Assembly: GCA_030038235.1 (NCBI GenBank)
Contig: JASHPE010000208.1
Coordinates: forward strand, 1-21,930
Length of the DNA: 21,930 nucleotides
Direction of reading: 5' to 3'
Source of the DNA: Terriglobia bacterium
Lineage (GTDB): Bacteria > Acidobacteriota > Terriglobia > UBA7540
Shown: positions 14,759 to 21,695 of the stretch, in pieces
How the letters are laid out: each line of letters starts with the position of its first letter
How positions within the stretch are numbered: position 1 is the stretch's first letter
Position numbers and translations under genes: made by a program
Notes under the pieces: model-generated
The model's database searches: none
Told to the model about the DNA's origin: nothing
Seen by the model: only the letters and a program-made list of their open reading frames with translations

Positions 14759-16888
14759 CTACCAGCCGGAGTTGCTGCTCCAAGCATCCACCAGATTCGC
14801 GATGTTCACGCTTCCGAGACCGGTTGCAAAATCCCAACCGCCCGCGGACGGGTAGGCCACTTCCAGCTTTGTGATCGACGTGGAAAGCACGCCATAAGTC
14901 TCGCCGGAGACCGTGTAGCAATCGTCATCGCCTTTGCACGGCACGTCGTTGTCGCCAGTCGTGATGTCATAAAACACGCAGGTCGCGCCGATCGTCTTAC
15001 CATTGGAAGTGTTGCAGGCACTGAGATTGCCCAGGTTCGGGTCACTGGTGGTGCCGTATTCTGCCTCGGCCATGGAATAAAGAACGTAATTGGGATTGCC
15101 TTGTCGGGAGCCTGTTTTCTGATCCACCAGCGCCTGGATACCTGCGAAGGCGGGCGAGGAGAACGATGTGCCGCCGGCGCTGTTGTAGTAGGAATCTTTG
15201 GGATTCTGGTAGTCGCAGGGAAGTCCGCCCTCACTCGTATCGGACATGCAATAGACGTAGGCGTGCGTGTAGAATCCATCGCCCGCGAAGAGAGAGACAT
15301 CGGGCAAGTCGCGCCGGCTGCTGGGGTTGATTCCGTAAACTCCGACTTGCCACGACGGCCTGTCGTAGACAGTGCTCGGCCCGCCGCTGCCCGCGGCCAC
15401 GTAAAGGTCCGACTGCCCGGCCTGGCTGTTGCAAAAGGCGCCGCCGCTCGAATACCCCTCGAACGTGAAGAGAATGCTGCTGGCGCAGGAATCGTTATAG
15501 GTCATCTCGGGGACGTACGAGAGCGCCGACTCGTAACCATAGCCGTTGGTCTTGGTCCAGTACTCGCTCGTGGTGCCGTCGACGTAGTCAATAAAATCGG
15601 TGCCGCCCACGGCTACGTCGTACGGGGTAGACGCAGTGCCGTCGACGGCGATGCCATGGGTGGCAAAGTGCAGACCGGCGTCGCACTCCGCCGCGCCCTC
15701 GTCCCCGGCCGCTACAAACACCGACGTCCCTTCGGCTACGGCCTGCTGCCAGAGCTTTTCGTAGGCGGCGTTGCCGGTCGTTCCGTACGAGGCTTCGCAT
15801 CCGCCGTAGCTGTCGCTCATAATGGGCGGCGGCGAGGAGTTGTTCAACAGATTGTGGCCGGCGATCAGATCGGCGAACGTGGTTTTGGTGTCGCGGCAGG
15901 AGGCGAGTTCGATGGAGGCGTCCGGCGCCACGGCTCCGGACCATTCAGCGTCGAGGGCCGCTTCGCTCTCGTCATCGTTGGTTCCGGGGTCGAAACAGTT
16001 CGCCGGCCCGGATTCGGGATTAGGATGAATCTCGGTGAAGGTGCCGGCGTAGGACGAGAGTCCGAAGGCGGATCGAAATGTGGTCCAATCGGCGGCGTTC
16101 ATATCGGAGTCTTCCAGCACCACGATCGTCTGGCCGGCGCCGCGGATAGGATTCAACCCGTTCCAAAGCGGATTCAAGTTGTAGATGGTGGCGAAATCCT
16201 GCGGCCCCAGCTCATAGAATTCGAAACCCTCGTACGGAAAGGAGAAGTGCCGCCGCATGTGATTGCGCGGACGGAAGTCGTGCAGGGCGGCGAAGCCCGC
16301 CACCACGGGCTGAAGCGCCGCCGGAATCTGCGGATCGCTGGCATTGGCGATGTGCCGCTCGCCGCGCACGTCGTAGTAGTGGATTTCGGTGTGGAAGGCA
16401 TCGCGAATCTGGCCGGCGGTGGCGGTCACGTCCATCGCCATGCCGCTCGGGTACACCAGATTTACGTGCAAGCCGTGCGACTCGAGCCAATTCGAAACCG
16501 TGCTGATGTCCTCCGCGGCAGGTCCGAATCGCTCGCCAAACTCCCGGGCCGTGAGCCACCGATGGAACTTCGCGGAACGAGGGTTGTGGAGATCGTCGAT
16601 GAGATCAACGAGCGCCCTTTCGCGCTCCGGACTGCGCTTGAGTTGGAGCAGCAGATGGTCGAGGAGCAGTCCGTCCGGAACCGGTCCGCCATCGAACTCG
16701 GCGCGAGCCATGGGATGGGTGTTGCCGGCGAGCGTCACGAGTCGAGTATCGTCAACGGGCTGCACGATCTGGGGCGGAGCTGTGTGCGAGCCCACACTAT
16801 TGCCAGACCGGAGGTCCGGAGCAGCCCAAGCGACCACGCTCGCGACGACGACGACTGTCGCGAGGATACACACGCACCGTTTCATCAT
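14759..16888 (-). CDS. S53-family serine peptidase (sedolisin/kumamolisin-like) with pro-kumamolisin activation domain and signal peptide
   Basis: ORF 14759..17971 trimmed to ATG 16888 (AAGGGGGA just upstream). Signal MMKRCVCILATVVVVASVVAWA. Prodomain (HRWLTAREFGERFGPAAEDISTVSNWLESHGL). Catalytic motifs SDSYGGCE, FVAAGDEG and SAGGTSFSSPAFAG. Confidence 0.9.
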   Translation of the reverse strand: MMKRCVCILATVVVVASVVAWAAPDLRSGNSVGSHTAPPQIVQPVDDTRLVTLAGNTHPMARAEFDGGPVPDGLLLDHLLLQLKRSPERERALVDLIDDLHNPRSAKFHRWLTAREFGERFGPAAEDISTVSNWLESHGLHVNLVYPSGMAMDVTATAGQIRDAFHTEIHYYDVRGERHIANASDPQIPAALQPVVAGFAALHDFRPRNHMRRHFSFPYEGFEFYELGPQDFATIYNLNPLWNGLNPIRGAGQTIVVLEDSDMNAADWTTFRSAFGLSSYAGTFTEIHPNPESGPANCFDPGTNDDESEAALDAEWSGAVAPDASIELASCRDTKTTFADLIAGHNLLNNSSPPPIMSDSYGGCEASYGTTGNAAYEKLWQQAVAEGTSVFVAAGDEGAAECDAGLHFATHGIAVDGTASTPYDVAVGGTDFIDYVDGTTSEYWTKTNGYGYESALSYVPEMTYNDSCASSILFTFEGYSSGGAFCNSQAGQSDLYVAAGSGGPSTVYDRPSWQVGVYGINPSSRRDLPDVSLFAGDGFYTHAYVYCMSDTSEGGLPCDYQNPKDSYYNSAGGTSFSSPAFAGIQALVDQKTGSRQGNPNYVLYSMAEAEYGTTSDPNLGNLSACNTSNGKTIGATCVFYDITTGDNDVPCKGDDDCYTVSGETYGVLSTSITKLEVAYPSAGGWDFATGLGSVNIANLVDAWSSNSGW

Positions 16889-16996
16889 CGTTTCCCCCTT
16901 ACAACTCGATGCGCAAATCGCGCCCTGACAGCAGTTTCGCGACCTTCCGCGCGTAGATTCTCCGGCCGCCCGCAAAGACCGCCGGTCAGTCAACCC

Positions 16997-17025
16997 AATG
17001 TAGGAGGACTCAAAGTCAGCGTCAA
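16997..17025 (-). promoter_or_regulatory. sigma-70-like promoter candidate for the sedolisin gene
   Basis: On the - strand: TTGACG (17025-17020), 17-nt spacer, TACATT (17002-16997). About 100 nt upstream of ATG 16888. Confidence 0.3.
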
Positions 17026-17191
17026 TGGCCTTATCAGAGTCTGTAACATCGAACCCGATGTAGCTGTTTAGTAAATGGGTTTCTCGGAAACGTAATGCCA
17101 GGTTTGTTAAAACGGGTTCAGCGGTTGAGGAAATTTGTTTGACGCGACCGCACAGTCCGGTGCATAACAAGGCTCGACTCGTGCCTGATCC

Positions 17192-18550
17192 ATGAAGCGC
17201 AACCTCCTCCTCGTCGCCCTCGCTATAGCTGCAATCGCAGCGGTGGCAAGCCTGGCGCGCGATTGGCGCTGGCCCGGAATCCCGCCTGCCGGACTGCTCG
17301 TCTTGCGCTGGATCGCGCTGGTTGCGTTCGCCGCTTATGCCGTGGCGCGGCGGTCGCTGACCACCTGGATTCTGCTCGGACTGCTGGCCGGCGCAGAGAT
17401 CGGTCACGACGCGCCCGCCGCTGCGCTGCACCTCGCGATCCTGGGTCAGATCTTCCTGCGCTTGATCAAGACCATCGTGGCGCCGCTGCTGTTCGGCACG
17501 CTGGTGAGCGGCATCGCCGGGCATGCGGACCTGAAAAAGGTCGGACGCATGGGAATCAAGGCGCTGATCTTCTTTGAGGCCGTCACCACGCTGGCGCTGT
17601 TCATTGGCCTCGCCGCCATTAACATCACGCGCGCGGGCCAAGGTGTGTCGATGCCGGCCGCGATTGAATCCGCGGCGCCGGCGGTGGCGCGTCCGACCGC
17701 CGCCGAGCTGATCCTGCGAATCTTCCCGGAAAACATCGCCAAATCGGTAGGCGAAGGCGAGTTGCTGCAGGTGGTGGTCTTCAGCCTGATCTTCGGAGTG
17801 GCGCTGGCGCTGGTCAAGATCGAGAAGCGCCGGCCGATGCTGGCCTTCGCCGAGAGCCTCGCCGAAGTGATGTTCAAGTTCACGAACATCGTGATGCTTT
17901 TTGCGCCGCTCGGCGTGGCCGGAGCCATGGCCTACACCGTGGCGCACAGCGGTCTCGGAATGCTGGGCCATCTGCTGACGCTGGTCGCCGCCCTCTACGC
18001 GGCGCTGGCGGTCTTTCTGCTCGGAGTGTTGCTGCCGGTCGCGCTCCTGGCACGCGTCCCGATCGGCCGATTCGTGCGCGCCATGGGGGAGCCGGCCACC
18101 ATCGCGTTTGCCACGTCGAGTTCGGAAGCGGCCCTGCCCAGCGCCATGGAGGCGACCGAGGCGATGGGCGTGGCGCGCGAGGCCGTCGCCTTCATCATCC
18201 CGCTAGGCTACAGCTTCAATCTGACCGGCACTACGTTGTACCTCGCTCTCGCATCGATTTTTGTGGCGCAAGCCGGCGGATTACACCTCGGATTGGGTCA
18301 GCAGATGCTGATCATGCTGGCGCTGATGCTGGCCAGCAAAGGCGTGGCAGGAGTCTCGCGCGGGGCGATCGTGGTGCTGCTGGGCATGGCGCCCGCTCTC
18401 GGTCTGCCAGCGGCGCCTGTCTTCGTGCTGCTGGGAATCGATCCGCTGATGGACATGGGACGCACCGCGGTCAACGTGATCGGCAATTGCCTGGCCGCAG
18501 CGGCGATCGCGCGCTGGGAACATAGTCCGATCGAGGCTGCCTGCGAATGA
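17192..18550 (+). CDS. dicarboxylate/amino acid:cation symporter (DAACS family, GltP/DctA-like)
   Basis: ORF as given. Family motifs FLRLIKTIVAPLLFGTLVSGIAG, FATSSSEAALP and GIDPLMDMGRTAVNVIGN. Multiple TM segments. Confidence 0.9.
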   Translation: MKRNLLLVALAIAAIAAVASLARDWRWPGIPPAGLLVLRWIALVAFAAYAVARRSLTTWILLGLLAGAEIGHDAPAAALHLAILGQIFLRLIKTIVAPLLFGTLVSGIAGHADLKKVGRMGIKALIFFEAVTTLALFIGLAAINITRAGQGVSMPAAIESAAPAVARPTAAELILRIFPENIAKSVGEGELLQVVVFSLIFGVALALVKIEKRRPMLAFAESLAEVMFKFTNIVMLFAPLGVAGAMAYTVAHSGLGMLGHLLTLVAALYAALAVFLLGVLLPVALLARVPIGRFVRAMGEPATIAFATSSSEAALPSAMEATEAMGVAREAVAFIIPLGYSFNLTGTTLYLALASIFVAQAGGLHLGLGQQMLIMLALMLASKGVAGVSRGAIVVLLGMAPALGLPAAPVFVLLGIDPLMDMGRTAVNVIGNCLAAAAIARWEHSPIEAACE

Positions 18551-18579
18551 CCAATGACAAATGACCGATGACCGATGAC
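18547..18579 (+). repeat. heptanucleotide tandem repeat (NNATGAC x5) overlapping the symporter stop codon
   Basis: ATGAC at 18547, 18554, 18561, 18568 and 18575. The first copy contains the TGA stop. The 7-nt period places TGA in all three frames. Confidence 0.6.
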
Positions 18580-18723
18580 TAAGAACCAGCCTGTTACCAA
18601 TCGAGTCAACGAAACGCCCCAACCGGAAAAACTCCTTGACTTTGTATGGGGGGGCAGGATTCTAGGTGCGCTATCGTGGGGGAATCATCCAGCAACCAGT
18701 CAGGGAAGGCGGAGGCGAGAATC

Positions 18724-20148
18724 ATGCACAAGATCAAGCGGACGTTCGTAGTTTCAGCGAGCTTTTTGTCCGTCCTGCTGGTGACGGCGATTGCAGCGCC
18801 GGCCCAGACGTTCGATACGCTCTACAGCTTCGACAGTACAGACGGCAAATACCCTTACGCCGGGCTGGTCCAGGCCACCGATGGGAATCTATACGGGACA
18901 ACCTTATACGGCGGATCAGGTGGCTGGGGGACGGCCTTCAAAATCACGCTGGGTGGCACGCTGACAACGCTTCACAACTTTTGCCTTCAGAGCGAATGCA
19001 CGGACGGGAACCTGCCTTACGCGGGGCTGGTGCAAGCCGGCGATGGAAACTTGTACGGGACGGCGTCCGGTGGTGGTGCCAACGGGTACGGGACCGTCTT
19101 CAGGATCACCTCAAGAGGCACACTTACCATTCTGCACAGCTTCGACAATACGGACGGGGCCAACCCTTACGCGGCGCTGATCCAGGCCACAGATGGAAGC
19201 TTGTACGGGACGACCTATGGTGGGGGGGCCAACTCTTGCTTATATGGTGGAATGAGTTATGGCTGTGGCACGGTCTTCAAAATCACTCTAAGTGGCACCT
19301 TCACGACTCTGTACAGCTTCGACGGAACGGACGGGCAGAACCCCTTCGGAGGGTTGGTCCAAGCCACCGATGGGAACTTCTATGGGACAACACAGTTAGG
19401 CGGGGACACCAACGTAGGCGCCGGGACGGTCTTCAGAATCACTCCGGGTGGCACACTGACCACCCTTCACAGTTTTTGCGCGCAATACCCGGATTGCTCG
19501 GACGGCGCCGGCCCCGAGGCGGGGTTGATCCAGGCCACCGACGGGAACTTCTACGGCACAACGCTCTCGGGCGGAGCCAACGGCCCGTATTATGGAACCG
19601 TCTTCAAAATCACCCCAACTGGCACCTTGACGACGCTTTACAGCTTCGGCGGAGAGGACTACAACCCATCCGCGGCCCTGATCCAAGCGACCGACGGCAA
19701 CTTTTATGGGACGACCATCAACACGGTCTTCAAGATCACCCCAAGTGGCACTTTGACGACGGTCTACAATTTCGACGGCACCGACGGCAGCGGCGCCGAC
19801 CCCTTCGCGCCGTTGATTCAGGACACCAACGGAAATTTTTACGGGACAACATCGAGTGGCGGGGCCTACGGTCCTTATGGCACGATCTTCGGGCTCACTG
19901 TGGGTCTGGCCCCGTTCGTGGAAACACGGCCCACCTCTGCCAAAGTGGGAAAGCCCATCGACATCCTCGGAACCAGTCTGAAGAGCGCTACCAGCGTCAC
20001 ATTTAACGGGACAGCGGCTACGTTCACGGTGGTTTCCAGGTCCTTAATCACCGCCACCGTACCCGAGGGCGCCACCAGCGGCACCGTCCAGGTGACCACG
20101 CCCGGCGGCGCGCTTTCGAGCAATGTGCCGTTCCACGTAGTTCACTAA
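18724..20148 (+). CDS. secreted GloVer (Gloeo_Verruco) tandem-repeat protein with C-terminal IPT/TIG domain
   Basis: ORF 18646..20148 trimmed to ATG 18724 (GGAGG 18711-18715). Signal peptide FLSVLLVTAIAAPAQT. About 7 repeats of the type DG.NPYAGLIQATDGNLYGTT..GG..GYGTVFKITP.GTLTTLHSF. C-terminal VGKPIDILGTSLKSATSVTFNGTAATFTVVSRSLITATVPEGATSGTVQVTTPGG. Confidence 0.85.
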   Translation: MHKIKRTFVVSASFLSVLLVTAIAAPAQTFDTLYSFDSTDGKYPYAGLVQATDGNLYGTTLYGGSGGWGTAFKITLGGTLTTLHNFCLQSECTDGNLPYAGLVQAGDGNLYGTASGGGANGYGTVFRITSRGTLTILHSFDNTDGANPYAALIQATDGSLYGTTYGGGANSCLYGGMSYGCGTVFKITLSGTFTTLYSFDGTDGQNPFGGLVQATDGNFYGTTQLGGDTNVGAGTVFRITPGGTLTTLHSFCAQYPDCSDGAGPEAGLIQATDGNFYGTTLSGGANGPYYGTVFKITPTGTLTTLYSFGGEDYNPSAALIQATDGNFYGTTINTVFKITPSGTLTTVYNFDGTDGSGADPFAPLIQDTNGNFYGTTSSGGAYGPYGTIFGLTVGLAPFVETRPTSAKVGKPIDILGTSLKSATSVTFNGTAATFTVVSRSLITATVPEGATSGTVQVTTPGGALSSNVPFHVVH

Positions 20149-20180
20149 TTCTGCGCGTGATTCAGTAACTCTGAACGACA

Positions 20181-20564
20181 AGCCCGCGAAGCGGGCGCAA
20201 GAGGGTAGCCCACGGCGCGAGCTGTGGGATCCGGAACCGGTCCTGCGTATCCCCCAGCCCCGAAGGGGCGAAAGAGGTAGCCCACAGCGCCAGCCTGTGG
20301 GATCGGAACCGGTCCCGCGCATCCCCTGCCCGAAGGGGCGAGCTTTTTTAGCCTACTGCGAGAGCCTATTTCATCTGAAACAGTTCCGCGCATCTCCCAG
20401 CCCCGAAGGGACGAAAAGAGGGTAGTCCACAGCGCAAGCTGTGGGATCGGAACCGGTCTTGCGCATCCCCTAGCCCCGGAGGGGCGAAAGAGGGTAGCCC
20501 ACAGCGCGAGCTGTGGGATATCCGAAACACCCCAATCCCCACAGCCCCGGTAGGGGCGAAAGAG
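20181..20564 (+). repeat. REP/BIME-like array, + orientation: 4 full and 2 truncated copies of a 72-74 bp double-hairpin unit
   Basis: GTAG at 20205, 20277, 20422 and 20494, each followed by CCCACAGC-N4-GCTGTGGG or a close variant. Each is preceded by GCCCC-GAA-GGGGC-type hairpins (20182, 20257, 20328, 20400, 20473, 20544). A unique 55-nt insert (20343-20397) with a T6 run interrupts the array. Confidence 0.8.
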
Positions 20565-21014
20565 CTATGACCATATGTACCGGTCATCATACGTAACGCC
20601 ATGTGCCTTCAGGAAGGCAACGAATTCCTCCTGAAATGTTACCCTCCGATGGTGCTGCTCCTGATTCGCAATATACCGGACCACGGCGGGCTCCTGGGAG
20701 TGGCTGACGCTGAAGGCGGCGTAGCCCGTCTGCCAATCAAAGGCCGTAATCCGGCGGAGGCGATGCACCCAGCGCGACGAATTGGTTTTCACCACGCGCA
20801 GAACATCGGCGGTGGCAAGCGTCGCCGGCATGGACCAGAGAAAATGAACGTGATCGGGCCGGGCGCCAGCCGCGTGCAGCGATCCACCCAGCTCGCGCAC
20901 GATGCCGCCCACATAAGCAAGAAGGTCGTCCCTCAGCGGGGCCAAAATCAGCGGTTCGCGATTTTTGGTGCTGAAAATGACGTGCGTCAGAAGGTTTGCA
21001 TAAGTATGGGCCAT
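20565..21014 (-). CDS. IS200-like HUH/Y1 tyrosine transposase, REP-associated (RAYT-like), stand-alone
   Basis: ORF 20565..21215 trimmed to ATG 21014 (MAHTYANLLTHVIFSTKNR...). HUH motif in PDHVHFLW. Catalytic Tyr in FDWQTGYAAFSVS. C-terminal YIANQEQHH. The ORF part upstream of 21014 is a translation of the repeat array. Confidence 0.85.
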   Translation of the reverse strand: MAHTYANLLTHVIFSTKNREPLILAPLRDDLLAYVGGIVRELGGSLHAAGARPDHVHFLWSMPATLATADVLRVVKTNSSRWVHRLRRITAFDWQTGYAAFSVSHSQEPAVVRYIANQEQHHRRVTFQEEFVAFLKAHGVTYDDRYIWS

Positions 21015-21293
21015 GTTCTTTCGCCCCTCCGGGGCTTTCCGGGGGATCGTTGTACCTATTGTCCCGCAGCCTACGCTGTGGGCTACCCTCTTTCGCCCCT
21101 TCGGGGCTGGCGGAGGATGATCGCTCGTTCCGCGATCCCACAGCTTACGCTGTGGGCTACCCCCTTTCGCCCCTTCGGGGCTGGCGGAGGATGAGCGCCC
21201 GTTCCGCGATCCCACAGCTTACGCTGTGGGCTACCCTCTTTCGCCCCTTCGGGACTGCCGGAGGATGGGCGGCGACGGGCCCGTTCCGCGATC
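21015..21293 (-). repeat. REP/BIME-like array, inverted orientation: 3 full and 2 truncated copies of the same unit
   Basis: Hairpins at 21063-21082, 21137-21156 and 21211-21230 (CCCACAGCTTACGCTGTGGG), each followed by CTAC (the complement of GTAG). GCCCCTTCGGGGC-type hairpins at 21022, 21095, 21169 and 21243. Confidence 0.8.
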
Positions 21294-21361
21294 TTGTGTG
21301 TCTCCGCCACGCGCGAGGATGTTCCGTCATTCCGGTCTAAGCTTCGCGGACTGGTGTCATT

Positions 21362-21695
21362 TCAAGGCCACTGAATGAGCCGGCCGGCCGCCGGTCGGAT
21401 CGGCGATATCGACGACGCTTCGAGTAAGGCCTGCCGATACTGCGGCCAAGGTCTTTGATCGAGCCGCAAGACTACCACGGCGAACCCCGGATAGGAACGC
21501 AGCGCTCGTCCGGCGGACTCTGCAGAACCCCGATCGCGAGTAACGATGCAGTCGAAGCCGGATCCGATCGCGGCGGTGACCAACCTCCATTTTGAGGGCT
21601 TTCCAGCCGCGATTTGCGGCGGTGTCGCGGGAGACGCCAAATTCACCGAGCACAGCGGCAAGGTGTACGTCAACGTTGGCGTCAAGCAGCCAAAT
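21362..21695 (-). pseudogene. decayed PIN-like (DUF5615/Mut7-C-like) toxin gene downstream of DUF433
   Basis: One frame reads IWLLDANVDVHLAAVLGEFGVSRDTAANRGWKALK. After about 21577-21593 the similarity continues in another frame: LVTAAIGSGFDCIVTRDRG...GFAVVVLRL...PAAGRLI. No ATG/GTG/TTG lies between the in-frame TGA (21710-21708) and LLDANV; only ATT 21695 or CTG 21689. Confidence 0.5.

Larger units (their letters stand above)
20181..21293 (-). mobile_element. REPtron-like unit: RAYT-like gene flanked by inverted REP arrays
   Basis: Combination of the three features above. The arrays on the two sides are in opposite orientation, and there is no tnpB partner. Confidence 0.6.

Noticed and set aside
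18-17071. Long antisense ORFs 18..1034, 1636..3183, 4432..5613, 5721..6974, 12204..13523 and 15101..17071
   Set aside because: Each lies opposite a gene with clear family motifs. Their products are Arg/Ala/Gly/Pro-rich with no recognisable motifs. They are typical stop-free shadow frames of high-GC DNA.
16889-17971. In-frame N-terminal extension making the sedolisin ORF 1070 aa
   Set aside because: The extension is antisense to the DAACS symporter gene and has a low-complexity Arg/His/Gln-rich composition. The peptidase has its own SD, ATG and signal peptide at 16888.
18666-20006. 446-aa ORF in an alternative frame of the GloVer gene
   Set aside because: Its translation is Arg/Trp-rich repeat nonsense. 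The 18724..20148 frame gives the canonical GloVer repeat and has an SD.
20181-21293. Regularly spaced ~73-bp repeats that could be mistaken for CRISPR arrays
   Set aside because: The whole unit is conserved, including the segments between hairpins, so there are no unique spacers. The arrays are in opposite orientation around a transposase gene. No cas genes or leader are visible.
20044-21340. ORFs 20044..20322, 20145..20393, 20366..20602, 20737..21141, 20996..21340, 21083..21310 and the N-terminal 67 codons of 20565..21215, with reiterated peptides such as SPEGAKGGSPQRKLWDRG
   Set aside because: They are simply translations of the REP units in several frames and on both strands. There is no independent coding signal.
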